A stretch of DNA of 64,000 nt, from the NCBI RefSeq assembly GCF_037042905.1, contig NC_087250.1, positions 13,394,001-13,458,000 of the forward strand, given 5' to 3'. The first letter of the stretch is position 1. Each line of letters starts with the position of its first letter. The notes under the pieces are model-generated. The model did not search any database and had not been told where the DNA came from. It worked only from the letters and a program-made list of their open reading frames with translations. The stretch comes from Lytechinus pictus. Its lineage: Eukaryota. Both the position numbers and the translations under genes were made by a program. Shown here in pieces: positions 25,478 to 39,029 of this stretch.

Positions 25478-26025
25478 GTAAGTTAGATGTTTAACAAATG
25501 ATTCCGTTAGAATATGTGTAATTGATAAGAAATGGACAAGTCCACCCTAACAAAAAGTTATTTTGAATAAAAAGAGAAAAATCTAACAAGCGTAGCACTG
25601 AAAATTTCATCGAAATTGGACGTAAAATAAGAATGTTATGACATTTTTAAGTTTTGCTTAATTTCACAAAGCAGTTATATGCACGTCCTGGTCGGTATGC
25701 AAATGAGGGGACTGATGACGTCACCCACTCACTACTTAATTTGTATTTTATTATATGAAATATGAAATATTCTACTTTGCTCCTCATTGTCTGTGAAGCA
25801 AAGTTTTCTCCTCACTGAACATGTGGCATTACCATTGTTATAACATTTTATGGTTCAGTCAAGTTGGTCCTTATTGTCAAATCTGTAGAAAATGAAATAT
25901 AGTATAATTCAAACAAAAGAAATAGTGAGTGAGGGACATCATCAACTCTCTCATTTGCATATCACGGAGTTGTGCATATAACTATTTGAGAAAAATAAGC
26001 GAAACTTAAAAATGTGATTTTTAAG

Positions 26026-26234
26026 TTGTTGTTTTTTTTTTTTTTTACCTGATTACTAAGAAAGCATGAATGCTTGTAAGCAAGCAACCAGAGGACTGAC
26101 GGCTTAAGGTCCTCTCCGAAGGACCTGGTACTGAGGATTAATGCCTTACCAAAGGGCACTAGCGCACCAAGTGGGAATCGAACCCGGGTCACCGGAATAC
26201 GAATCCCCCGCTCTACCGACTGAGCTATCGCGCC
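26026..26234 (-). mobile_element. tRNA-derived SINE with A-rich tail, inserted in a Kolobok-like element; tail fragment also at ~8821-8874
   Basis: Minus strand GGCGCGATAGCTCAGTCGGTAGAGC (A box) ... GGTTCGATTCCC (B box), non-tRNA body, poly(A) end; interrupts the 25533-26341 element. Confidence 0.8.
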
Positions 26235-26723
26235 ATTACTTTCTTATTTTACATCCGATTTTGATTAAATTTTCAGCATTAAGCTAGTTTGGTTTTTCTC
26301 TATTGATTCAAATCAACATTTTTCTCGGGTGGACTTGACCTTTAATAAGCATGGATTTCCAGCCAAATCTCTGCTCTTTTTCCAAACAATAATAATACAC
26401 TGTCCCAAATATGCCTATCTGTGCTGGTGATTTTTGGTCACAGGTAAAAAAAAAAACCTTAATGACTCGGTGTTAGTAATTCCCTTCCATCACAACAATC
26501 ACGTAGTGTGTATATTGATGTGAAAGTTATGTTTACTTGATCTTTAATAACTGAAATTTCAGGAATGCTTTGATTTAAGCATACTGTGAATATTTCATTT
26601 CTTGGAATTTATGTTAGCTCTGGCAATAGCGAAGGCAGGAATTTCAACTGTGCGCAGTTAAGAGCCCTTTTATTTTTTTAAATTGTATTATATAATTTGT
26701 GTTTCTTTATTTTATACATGTAG

Positions 26724-27137
26724 CCCTCCCCAACCTCAACATCCAGTGGCCAGCAACCATTTGGCGGTTTAGCGAGCTACGCCGCTAATCTCACAAATCG
26801 ACAAAATTCCTCATCGTCCAAATCCTCTGCCTCTGGATCCAGTCGCATCATAACGAGTACCGGAGCTAAAATAGCGCCCTCATCCATTACCAGTCGGAGC
26901 TCGAGCACCTCCGGTACGACGACCACCATGAGCGGGAAGCTCCTGAAGCCGCAATCTGTGCAGCGGTCGACGTCCGTCTTGCAGTCGGGTAAGTGGCCGA
27001 GCGCACCCTCTGGGATGTCCGCGACTGCGAAGACGACATCGAGCAGTTCGGCGTCGGGGAAGGCACTGCCGCAAACGAGCACGGCATCAGCCATGAAGAG
27101 ACTGCATATGATGAAAAAGAAAGCTTCGAAACGATAG
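26724..27137 (+). CDS. INTS12: INTS12 terminal coding exon
   Basis: catgtag|CCC, open to TAG at 27135-27137; ends AMKRLHMMKKKASKR, like human AMKRLQMVKKKAAQK. Confidence 0.9.
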   Translation, partial: PSPTSTSSGQQPFGGLASYAANLTNRQNSSSSKSSASGSSRIITSTGAKIAPSSITSRSSSTSGTTTTMSGKLLKPQSVQRSTSVLQSGKWPSAPSGMSATAKTTSSSSASGKALPQTSTASAMKRLHMMKKKASKR

Positions 27138-28765
27138 CGTTCTGGTACTAAGTCCATCCTCTGGGATGTCTGCGAAAGTAAAGATAATGGTGAACACTTT
27201 AGCGGCAGGGGGGAAGGCTCTTCTTCTTCCGTTGAGTACAGTCCTCTTTACAGAGTATAGTCGTACTTGGCTGAGGCCGCAATCACAAAAACACATGACA
27301 TTTGGTGCAGTTGAACAAAACTGAACTATAGTGCAAGTAAAAAGATGCATCTCAACTGGAGAGCTAACGGAGGGTGAGTGGTTCCAGGTGGCTTCTGAAA
27401 GAAGGCTCTGCTGCATACAATTGCAGCATCGGCAATGAAGAGAGTATATACAATAAAAACTCAAAGCAATGAAATGTTCTGGAGCCTCGTGCATCCTCAG
27501 TGATGTTTTCGACAACAAAAGCAACATCAAGTAATTCAGCATTGCGGACGGCACTGCTATGAGTATGGCTTTGTCCATGCAAAGACTACATTCAAATGCT
27601 GGAGATTTTTCCAATGTATTTGTTTCAAATTATGTACGATTTGAAGAATTAATAACTTTTTGAGGGGTGAAAGATTGTTATAGACCTGTATTTGTGATTG
27701 TATGATATATTTCTTCTGAGAAAGACCTTTGATGATAGACTTGAATTCGTTGTTGTATAGATTATTTTTTCGGAGAAAAATTAGATAGAAACATCGGAAG
27801 AATGTAACATTGGAAGATCATTAATTGTAGACCGGTGTTTGTTATTGTATGGATTTATTTCATCTGAGAAAATGAAATAAACATTGGAAGAATATGAATA
27901 TACAATCGGATGTGTTAAATTTTTGAAATAAAGATATAACTTTGATTGTGGCGAAGAACAAGAGAAAATTACCGAAAGAGAGAAAGTGGAGTTTACCTCC
28001 CACACCACCCTTTGGCCCCCATCAAAGAGTTACGATTGACCCGATTAACCACAACTAGAAAGCCAGCAACGTCAACATCTAAAATGGACATATATTTTCT
28101 AGATAGGATGTATATTCATCATTCTCTTGATGATTCAGTGTGATTCGTTTTGTTTACTAAGGAGATCGTGCAAATTTACTGTAGAAAAAATTATGGTATG
28201 GATGGATTTCCATACAGTTGAGATTGATCAATCGTAACTCTATGTAAGACGCGGCCCTGGTTCTTTGAGCAGTTAATGTGAAAATTTCTCAAACTTAGAT
28301 GAAACACGTGTGTATTCGTGCTAAACTTTTATTTGTCCTCAATAACCCTGAAACTCACCACAATATAGGATGAAAAACATATATCATATTTATCATTTAG
28401 ATATAAATGTCTCCAAGATGCATAAAATTTAGTTTATGCCCAGTTTTCTCAAATTCAGTAAGTCTAGTAGCTGTGCTGTCTGTCTTTGAACTGTTTTATG
28501 TAACTCCAATACACACGTACGTGAATCCCTCCAACTCAGCGTAAAAAGTGGGCGGAGCTAAATCGGATTTTCGCGCCTAGCAACCCCTGTTAGCATCGTT
28601 TTGGGCTTTTATAATGGCTGGCTCCGCTGAGTTGATACATAACCTATAGGCGGTTCACGTACGTGTACACAGAGTATTATTAGCTTCACGGTACATTCAG
28701 GGTACACTGCACACACTGTACATAAGACATGCTGGGTTCATCCATAGAGTTGAGTTGTAGTACAG

Positions 28766-29041
28766 GGCCCCATCTCACAAAGAGTTACGATTGATCCAAT
28801 TAATCCTAACTCTATGGAAATCCATCAGTGTCATAATTTTTTCTACAGGAAATTTGCAAAATGTCCTTTGTAAACAAAGGAGATCACACCAAATTGTCAA
28901 GTCAATGAATTTATGGATATACATTCATATCTAGAATCTTTTTTTTAAATAAACATGCATTTTATATTTTGACTTTGCTGGCTTTCCATAGTTGCACGGA
29001 TCCATGATTGGATCAATCGCAACTCTTTGTGAGACAGGGCC
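28766..29041. mobile_element. Harbinger-like MITE with CAG TSD; relatives at ~28014-28257, 33782-34049, 44835-45313
   Basis: CAG|ggccccatctcacaaagagtt ... aactctttgtgagacagggcc|CAG. Confidence 0.75.
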
Positions 29042-29269
29042 CAGATCGCTCCTTACTCAAGGTCAATGAAACTAACTCTCATTCACTTTCACACTTTGGT
29101 GTACATCTCCAATGTTTTAAACTACATCTTGTATGATACTCTGAACCTTTTGGACTGGTACTTTTACACTTTAGACCATAGTCTGGGGTCTGGTTCAAGC
29201 TGAAATTATGGGAAGCCAAATGTCAAAATTTTGTTTACATAGCATGCATCTCATGTTTACTGTGCTTCT

Positions 29270-30090
29270 CGTAATTCTTTAATTGTGAAGACATCTGTCT
29301 GATATCTTCCCCAGACAATAAAGAATGATTGGAGAGTCAAATTAGCTGATACATTTATCCTCTATTTAATACAGATCTGTGTCGCAGTTGGCTATCCATA
29401 TTTAATCCGCAACTTTTGAGCAGAATTTATTACTGCGGCTTTTCATAATTCTTTGTGAAGACATCTTACTGATATCTTCCCCAGACAATAAAGAATGATT
29501 GCAGAGTCAAATTAGCTGATACATTTATCCTCTATTTAATACAGATCTGTGTCGCAGTTGGCTATTCATAGTTAATCCACAACTTTTTTAGCAGAGTTTG
29601 TTACTGTGACTTTTCATAATTCTTTGTGAAGACATCTGTCTGATATCTTCCCCAGACAATAAACAATGATTGGAGAGTCAAATTAGGTGATACATTTATC
29701 CTCTAATTAATACAGATCTACGTTGCAGTTGGCTATCCATAGTTAATCCACAACTTATTGAGCAGTTTATTACTGTGGCTTTTCATAATTCTTTGTGAAG
29801 ACATCTGACTGATATCTTCCCCAGACAATAAAGAATGATTGGAGAGTCAAATTAGCTGATACATTTATCCTCTATTTAATACAGATCTATGTCGCAGTTG
29901 GCTATCCATAGTTAATCCACAACTTATTGAGCAGTTTATTACTGTGGCTTTTCATAATTCTTTGTGAAGACATCTGTCTGATATCTTCCCCAGAAAATAA
30001 AGAATGATTGGAGGGTCAATTTAGCTTATACATTTATCCTCTATCTGTGTCACAATTGGCTATCCATAGTTAATCCACAACTTTTGACCA
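29270..30090. repeat. ~170-bp tandem repeat, 5 units, inside a MITE
   Basis: gtgaagacat recurs at 29285, 29455, 29626, 29795 and 29964. Confidence 0.92.
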
Positions 30091-32219
30091 GTGTTTAAAT
30101 TGAACCAAACTTCAGAACACAAAGTACAATTAAAATTAATGAAAATGATTGCCTCGGATGCTCTTTCCACCTACCTTGCAGCACTTGACATTCCCTTATA
30201 GATTACCAAAGTGATAATATCACAAACATCTCTTTTTTTTGCATTTCAGCATTTTGTATACCTTATTTCTGTAGAGCATGATAAAACTACATCCGCAATC
30301 CAAATTTGGTGAGAATGCCTCTAAGGGAGCCCAAGATGTGACCTCGTGAATACATAATATAATTAGCCCCATTGGAATCAATGTACATGTATCATTATTT
30401 TGCCTGGTTTATATTACATTTAGAAGGAAAATAATACATTGCCTTCAATTGGGCTAATTATGTCTTCAAATCTGGGGCCCGATTAGTCCTCACCTTGGTG
30501 AGGGGGGAAGATGAGTGGATTCGGGCTAATTAGAGGTTGCATGGGCCTAATTACAACTGGCAGGCAAAAGACATTCTCAATTTTTAAATTTGATATTGCT
30601 GATTGACAAAAATGAATGAATATGATTGACAATCTAACACTGATTCTAGGGAGGGTACCTACTGAACTTCCTTTTTCCAAATTGGAAAGATATATCACTA
30701 CTTTGGAACTATTTTTTTTACTGGCGGAAGAATTAGGGCCATTTTACTCAAGTGATGAATTTGATCCTGTCTTCATAATCGCCGATTTATTTTTAAAATG
30801 AGACGGTCGAGGTACCCTTTTCTAGTCAGATATGGAATGTCAGACATATATCCTGTCCACTGGTAGTAAACATTCAACCCTCAAATTTCCTCCTTATTTT
30901 TTTTATGAATTTTTTTACAGTGCCACTTTAACACACGAGTCTATGGAAAATGATGGGAGATGTATTAGGCCTGTGATACCGAGAGAGTGGCAGTCATGTG
31001 CCCTCTATGTTAACTTTGGGAAAGAGAACTTCCAAACACCATGGTCCAATCTGGACTAGGGCCCGATGACCCGAATCCCACCAAATTTGGGCCTTGAGGG
31101 TATTTCATCTTGCTCAACAGAAATGTGGAATAAAAAAATGCTGAAATGCAAAATTGGAAAATCGATTGGCCGTCATGAGCGCTTCTATAGTCGCTGCCCC
31201 CCCCCCCCCCCCCCTCCATGTTGAAAAGGTTCCATGACATGCTCCGATGACAATTGCTCCAATGAAAAATCTGCATGTTAAAGCCAAACATAATATCTAA
31301 CCTCCAAAATGAAATGAACCCAATAAATCCTTTTCTTTACATAATTCTTTTGAACCAAGAACTATTACAATCCTGACTCAAACCCTATGCCCTTTGAGAT
31401 ATTAAGACCCAAGCAAATGTCGCAGGAGCAAATTTTGTGTCACGAAATGATAGCCCATGAGTTTCTTCTCTGACAAAAAGGAATAGGGTTCTTTGGTTTC
31501 ATTCCATACACAAGTTAATAGATTAAATCAAGTTTTTGTGATTATATTTTTTTGGATACTAATGAAAATGTACTATATGGTGCTCCTCAGAATAGAATAT
31601 TTCGAGATAGACGACACTGTATGCCTTAATTTTGCCTTTTATTTTTATGAGATTGGTCCAGGTATGCTAGGGGTCCTTTTCATAAGACTCTGTAAAATAA
31701 CAGATTTACAAAAACAGTTCAAAGCTACTGAAACCCTTCCATCCATTTGTTGTTATATCAAGTGTTTATGAAAATGGGAACCTGATGTTGATTGAATTCG
31801 TTGTGAATTACCTTCACCTGCCCTCCCCTGGGGGGCGTTTCACAAAGATTTAAGTATGACTTAGAGTCGCACTTAAATGCCGTATATGACGGTATGAAAG
31901 GCTTGACCGCATTGGTCAGATCGTGTCATGAGGACATGCACTACTGCGTATCTATCAATAAGATCGCGCGTTGCACATTATGTACGTGTCGGCATTTAAG
32001 TGCAACTTGAGTCATACTTCAATCTTTGTGAAACACCCCCGTGTCTTTTCATGAAATCACATTCAAACCATATTAATGGTTCTAGGCCCCGTTGCAAAAG
32101 TTACCATTATGGTAACTTATGCCATGCGATGGTAGTAATTTGCATGGAATCCGTGATTCTGATTGGCTATTGATTTGATATAAGAGTTACCATAAGAATA
32201 ACTTATAAACAACAACGTC

Positions 32220-32652
32220 TGTCTTGTCTCTCTTCTCTCCACCCCCTCTTCTCTCCCATTCCCTCTCACCACCCCCCCCCCTTTCCTTTTATTTCTTTCC
32301 CTCCTCTCTCCCCCACCCTCTCCCATTCTCTTTTCTTCCCTCCCTCCACCCCTCTCTCTCTCCCCCACCCTCTCACTCCCCCATTTTCTTCCCTTTTATC
32401 TCTCTCCCTCCCCCATTTTCTTCCCTCCTCTCTCTCTCCCCCACCCTCTCTCTCCACCCTCACTCCCCCATTTTCTTCCCTTTTATCTCTCCCTCCCCCA
32501 CCCTCTTACTCCCCCTTTCTCTCTCTTCTCCCCTCCCACCCCCCTTCTTTCAGTGCCCACCTCCCTCGCCTATCCCCCCTCTCCCACTCCCCTCCCTCTC
32601 TTTCTCTCCTCCCCTCACAGTCTCTCTTGCTCTCTGAGCCCTCCTCTCTCCC
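32220..32652. repeat. CT-rich polypyrimidine low-complexity tract
   Basis: Read directly from the sequence. Confidence 0.9.
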
Positions 32653-33500
32653 CATCAACCATAGAGTACCAAAGTGTGACATCACTGTCATGACAACGTA
32701 CCGGCTGGTTCTAAACAGAGTCGCAGCTGACGATCGTCTATACACATCTGTATTTGCAAAAATTACCATCCTGAGATTGCAAGCGATGAAATGCCGTTAG
32801 CAGCCATTTTCTCCTATGAGAAACACACTCCGGGTTCATTTGTTTAGAACCAGGCCGCCATGACACCATGGCAACTGACGTCATCGCTTTGGTACTCTTT
32901 TCTTTCACTTAAAAACCTCTCCAAGATGAATTAAAACACAAAGACAAGCTTGACAACTGATTGCATTCTATTGCAAATTTAAATAAAAAGCTTACAACAT
33001 TCAACACAAATACAAATATAAACATGCATTGACTATAGGTGACTGCATAAAGAGGTCTAGAAGTGATGTACGCTGGATGATAAGTTTGGTGTCAAGTGTA
33101 GAATGCTGGTGTTGAGGCAATCTTAGCACCAGCTACCAGCCATAACTTAATACAAGTTTGGCGTTCAGTGTACTCCGTTGTGTACATTGTTAAATCACCT
33201 GTCAACACTGATATGACACTACGATGCATACAAGGATGCATATATGTATCCTTGTATACAAGCTGCTTATTTAGCATTTTATATACTTTTACGAGTCTAC
33301 AAAAATAAAAATGCTGATTTATTGGATACTTTCCACATCATGCACCATACTGTAGTAATTTATATAAAGAGGTTTATATTGACTTGGTCTACAGGTAGTT
33401 GGTCTTCGATCAAGATAGTCTCATACCACATGGGCTTAAGCCTATAAAGCCCTGGCCGCTTATTTGAACCCCCCCCCCCCCCTCCACCTCCCCATTTCAG

Positions 33501-34185
33501 GGGAGCATTCCATGAAAAGACTTGTCGGACGTTTTATCCGACAAGTCCCATTTTATCCGACAGTTACCATGGTAACAGCGCTTCTTAGCCAATCAAAATC
33601 AAGAAAAGTTGTCAGATCTGGGGCCCATTTCATAAAGGACTGGCAACTGTTGTAACTTTGCCATTATGGCAACTACCATTGAAACATTGATTATGATTGG
33701 CTGCCGAGCCCTGTAACCATGGTAGTTGCCATTATGGCAAAGTTACAACAGTTGCAAGTCCTTTATGAAACGGGGCCCCTGGGTCCCGTCTTACAAAGAG
33801 TTGCGATTGATTCAATCAATCTCAACTGTATGGAAATCCATCATCGTTATAATTTCCCTATCAAAATCTTGCACAAAGCTCTTTTGTAAACAGAGGAGCG
33901 CATCACATTGTCCAGGCAACAATGAAAGTATTAGTATACATCATATCTAGAAAACATTTGAAACAAACTTTGATTTTAGATGTTGATGTGGCTGGCTTTC
34001 CATAGTTGTTGTTGATCGGATCAATTGCAACTCTTTGTAAGACAGGGCCTTGGGGAGCGTTTCATCAACATTTTTTGTCCGACAAGTTGTCATTGATTTT
34101 GATTGGCTGAGAAGCACTAACTGTTGGAAAAAAAACAGGACTTGTCGCACAAGACGTCCGACAATTCCTTTCATGAAACGCTCCC
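33501..34185. mobile_element. Cluster of four adjacent MITEs (33501-33617, 33621-33778, 33782-34049, 34053-34185)
   Basis: GG-starting TIRs separated only by CAG/CTG/CTG/TTG/CAG trinucleotides. Confidence 0.75.
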
Positions 34186-35840
34186 CAGATCTTGGCCTTT
34201 GATCGCGCCATCACGGTGATAATTGGCACACACTTCACACATATTGTAATCTCCAAAATTGAAAAGTTACATTGTACCAGAATCATTCAAATTGATTAAT
34301 TCATTATGCTAATTCATTCATCAAATCATTATTTGGCTGTTAATCTTCAAATATAGCTCCATAACTTTAATTCTGGTCTGAACACTCCTTTTCAGATCCT
34401 TATCAAGTGTTAATTATTATGCTAAATAATACATAGGATCATAATTTGGCTGTGTATCTTTAAATATAGCTCAAATATGGTTAAACTTTGGTATCAACAT
34501 TCTTGTCAAATGTGTATTTAAGAAAAAGTTGTATCAAAAATTCTTCTCATGTATTTCATTGCTCTAGAAATTTCTTATGTATTTATATCTTTTTTATTTT
34601 ATTTATTTTTTGTCAATGGGAATCATTGGAGATCAACCATTTGATAAGGATCCTTACTGTAATACTGTAACCAGTGCAGTTCACTTTTCTAAGTCAAATT
34701 TTGCCAAAGTTGAAGTGCCGAACAGATTTTTGAGGTCCTGAAAGATTTACCCATGGCTGACTAAACCCACATTGGAAACATTTATAAAGTACATACACAT
34801 TTGGTATGGCTTGGAACAAGAAAATACTGACAAGAAAACAAACAAAAAAGCAAGTATTCAACATTTCATCTGATGAAATGTGAACATGATACAGGAAAGA
34901 CAGAGCTGACATGGAAAAGAAAAAAATGCAAAGCAAGAACGAGCTGACCCACACTGCACATAGTCTCTAACTCACTGTGTGTTATTAAGCTAGTCTTTAT
35001 AAATATACTTGCCCGTTGTGAGGTTACTAAATGTATTAAAAGGAGAGTGTACATTTCAGTATAAATAAGCCTATAGTTTGATTTGTATCTTGGGGCAGAA
35101 TTAAATTGTTTTAAGGAGAAATTGGATTGTCAGATGCAGGATATCTCAGTGGCTCTCCTGCGGTAAATTGCCAATTTGTCCACTGACAACTGGTCCACTC
35201 ACCACATGGAGTACCTTCATTTAGTCTAATGCCATTCCCTCCATCAACATTTAGTCTCACAATCATTTGGTCCAATCATCACTTCGTCTAATTACCATTT
35301 CGTCTAATAACCAGTTGGTCTAATACCCATTTTCTTTTCATTCATTTTGCACAATGAACACTTAAGTTTAATTAGACCAAATGGTATATGGACTACATGG
35401 CTATAGGACGAACTGGTTATTAGACGAAATGAAAGAAGACCATGTGGATAGTAGACAAATTGATGATAGACCAAATGGTAGTAGACGAGTTGGCAATTGG
35501 ACGTATTGGCATTAGACGAATAGGATATAAATCCCTGTTGCATGGAAACAATGCGCAGCAGCCAATCACAATCAAGGATTTCAGTCGCGGATGTTGTGTA
35601 CCTTCCGTGTGAAGAATTATGACATGAATGGCTTTCCATAGTTGAGACCGATTGGATCAATCATAGCTCTTTTGAGAGACAGGGCCCAGACAGTCTAACG
35701 AGAATCAACAAAGTAATCATGAACAGTGATCAATTTCAGCCTCCTTCAACGATCCCGAATTGAAAAAAAATAATATTAATAATAACTACACTATGGGTGG
35801 TATTCTGATAGCAATGGTTTAGATACAACTGGGTTAATTA

Positions 35841-36343
35841 AGGGTGTGTTCAATGTTGATTTTCAAATCATGATTGAAAACTCAATTCCAAAACAGCAAA
35901 CAAAAACACGATCAGCGCCACACCCTTGTGTCGAAAATATGAAGCCGTTTATATGTTGATCGCCTTTGAATTTCCCGCTTTCGTTAGAGCAGCATTAGTG
36001 CTCATGCAATTTGACCCATTAAAAGAGGTCAGGTCTGGCACCTGTTTATGTAGGCTTCCACTGCGAGAGCAAACTTAAAGACGTTTCAAAACGCTATTGT
36101 GTTCAATGTCGCATTCGCGATGCTTAAGGTCGTAAATTTGAGCTGATCGCGTTGACAAACGCATCTTTTTCAACGTTTAAATTTTCCACCGAATCGTGAT
36201 TTGAAAGACGTTTACTTTTACGACCGGGAATGGTGGACATTGAACACACCCTTTGTTTCTCATTATATCCGTGTTTTAAAATCAAGTTTTCAATCATGAT
36301 CAATGTTGCCGTTTAAATTTGGAAACCGACATTGAACACACCC
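35841..36343. mobile_element. TIR element nested in a larger MITE (~35794-36620)
   Basis: gggtgtgttcaatgt ... acattgaacacaccc; outer TIRs tgggtggtattctgata / tatcagaacaccaccca. Confidence 0.6.
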
Positions 36344-36622
36344 TTACACACTTTTATGGAGTGCCACTTGTCAACTTATTCACCAATTATTCTCGTCCTG
36401 CTGTAATAGGTGGTCAAAAAAATAACAAGATTCGTGAAAAGGGAAGAAAAGGAAAATACAATAGGGCCTAATATAACAAATTGTATTAATTGATTTGTTG
36501 ATTATAAATTGCAATGAATATGGGATAAATACTATGAAGCCAGCATTCCATAGAAGTGCGGTTTAAAATTCTAGTTTAGACTAGGGTTAAACCTAGATTT
36601 AATTATCAGAACACCACCCAAT

Positions 36623-36930
36623 GACCTGTATTCTGAAGTCAGGTTTAACTTAGACCATGGTTTAACTCTGTGCTAAAATTATGGGAAGCCAAAAGTGTCA
36701 ACATTTTTTATTGCATTGTGTGTTTCTTATATTTGCTCTGCTCTTTCCTGATTATTTGATTGTAAAGACAGTTATCTATTCATATTTCCTAGACAATTAA
36801 GATTTGAGAGTCAAATGAGCTGAAGTATGATATCTCTACCGTTAGTGATTTATGTAACTATTGGCTATCCATACTTATACCACAACTTTAAAGCAGGGTT
36901 TTATTTAAACCCGAGTTCAGAATACGGGCC
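36623..36930. mobile_element. MITE, single-unit relative of the 29140-30120 element
   Basis: TIRs cctgtattctgaa / ttcagaatacggg. Shares ttagaccat, aaattatgggaagccaaa, gagagtcaaat and ttggctatccata with 29170-30090. Confidence 0.65.
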
Positions 36931-37013
36931 TATATGTTTGCACACTTCTGCCAAGCACTCGGTATGATGTCCCATGATGCCTCGGGATGAAAGCTCGATG
37001 CTGATTGGTTGTG

Positions 37014-37104
37014 TCATCTGTTGTAGGTCATGCCTGTTGTGGGGTCATACTGCGTCATGGTCTGATGATGTATATCAGCATTGTCATCACCCTCCACCTT
37101 GCGT
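37014..37104 (-). CDS. JMJD6: JMJD6 exon 8 (terminal)
   Basis: caacag|A CGC AAG...; the phase-2 join gives KRIKRRKVEGDD...YNR*, a basic cluster like human HRRKKRR. Confidence 0.7.
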
Positions 37105-37334
37105 CTGTTGAATAAATTGAAGAAAATAAAATAAAATGAGTAATTCTAGAAAATGGTACACTTATCCACGTTTGTCGCTCTCCACCAAGGTGTTGCATGG
37201 GTACCTAATAGGATGTGAAAGTCAATGTGATTAGATTGGCATGTGTGCACTGATAAATGGTTCCTGGCAAGGATACTCCCCAGGGAGTGGAGCTGGTGTA
37301 ACAGTGATGGATCCTATGACCGGGGTAATAATAA

Positions 37335-37507
37335 CAGGGGTGTGAGTGGTCACAAATAAAAAGATCTGAAAATAGCTGAAGAGTGTTGAAAAAGTCCGAA
37401 ATGGTACTTTTTTGTACAGAGGAAGGCCAAAAATAAGCTGAAATTAAGCTGAAAATCAAAACAAAAAAATCTGAAATCAGATAAAAATCTGAACTCTCAC
37501 ACCCCTG
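37335..37507. mobile_element. CAGGG-ended MITE with 6-bp TSD, inserted in a SINE
   Basis: TAATAA|caggggtgtgag ... ctcacacccctg|TAATAA. Confidence 0.7.
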
Positions 37508-38844
37508 TAATAACTACAATGTAGAGCGCTTAGAAACCAACGTGTGAAGTGCTATATAAATGTAACTATTATTTATTATTATTACTGGTACACCACTTTT
37601 GGGAAAGTATGGCTCACACCTTTGCCTCAAGGCTTGCGTTCATCTGCGGATTGCCTGAACGCAGACAAACACAGTCAAGCACAACTAAACGCAAGCTAAT
37701 ACGAGTCCGATATGCAGACTAACGCAGAGGCCATGCATTCTAGTTTGAATTTTTTTTTCAAATATCCGCAACTGAACACAACCAGAATCAACACGAGCAA
37801 AGATGAGTGTAAATGTGTCAAGGACGCACAATAACAAGGAACAAGCAACAGCGAGCGGCTTACACAGGCAATAATGTAGCATTGGTGCTCTATTTACCTC
37901 CAATTTGTGGAGCGTTGTGGCCCAGTGGATTAGTATCCGGACTTTGAAACAGAAGGTCCCAGGTTCAAATCCCAGCCATGATGTAGTTTCCCTCGGCACA
38001 CAATTCATCCAGTGTGCTGCACTCGAACCAGGTGAGGTAAAGGGGTACCCGGTAAGAATTAATTCTTTGAAATGCGTGTGCGCTGTAATTACGGCCGCCA
38101 AGCTTAAGACGGGGTAATACATGTAATATCCAAGTCCTTTGGAAGCGCATAGAGACGTGATATTTATAATGTGATATGCGCTATTCAAGTACTGTTAATT
38201 ATTATTATGAATTTTCTTGCTTTACTGCGTGCAACTGTGTACAAGCTTGTTAGCAAAAGTGTGATAGCAAACTGATGTGTCATTGCGTAGGATGGTGCGA
38301 TAGGCTGCATGTTGCTGTTCTAACGAACCAATACGCAGCTTAAAACGCAAATGTGTGAGCTATGCTAATGTGCCTAATTAAAAAAACAAAAACAAGTGAG
38401 GTCATGCCTACATTACCGTCAGCTTTCTCCAACATCACCGTGGACATTTGCCAATCCTAAAATTAAAACCTTGGTTCATTTCACGTTCACATAGCACGTG
38501 TTTACAAGTCCAGCTCCCGTAACATAAAGCTTAGCAATTATTGTTCGTTGAGCTGATTTCTGTAATTAACTCCATTGACTACTGTGTATAATCAATCATA
38601 AAAATAAACTCTGTGATTAATCGTAAAGCTTTACGTTACTGGGACCAGGCAAGGCAGAAAGCCCACACTTACTTTCTTGTGACACAACCGAACCCATTAA
38701 AACTTTTTATACTTCATTCAAATTTTAAATTTGACTCTTATTTCCATATGATAAATAGTCCTAAGAGCCATTTCATATTGAATCTTTAAAAAATGAAAAA
38801 TTGACAAACAAAACCATAATTTTCCTCGAACACAGCAAACAAAC

Positions 38845-39029
38845 CTTTTGATTCTTTTATCGTGACGTTTTTCAGCCTCGGATTCATTGCCGCTGCTTTC
38901 GCAGGAGGAGCAAGCGCTGTCATCACTGGAACTAGAGCTGGAGCTATCGGAGGAGCTATCGGACTGGAGACCGCTGGGCTTGGACAGGTCAACATTTTCG
39001 GCCATGGCGGCGACCTCCGGCCATTCTCT
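38845..39029 (-). CDS. JMJD6: JMJD6 exon 7 (poly-Ser region)
   Basis: ttacag|AGA ... AG|gtttgt; [35 protein letters not shown] versus human [35 protein letters not shown]. Confidence 0.9.

Noticed and set aside
26163..26234. tRNA gene (Thr-like) on the minus strand
   Set aside because: A and B boxes are present, but the acceptor and anticodon stems pair poorly and the sequence continues into a body and poly(A) tail found elsewhere in the window; it is a SINE head.
38718..38844. JMJD6 C-terminus by read-through of exon 7 (FVCCVRGKLWFC...)
   Set aside because: A phase-compatible donor at 38844 and acceptor at 37105 give a more JMJD6-like basic ending. Intron retention cannot be excluded without RNA data.
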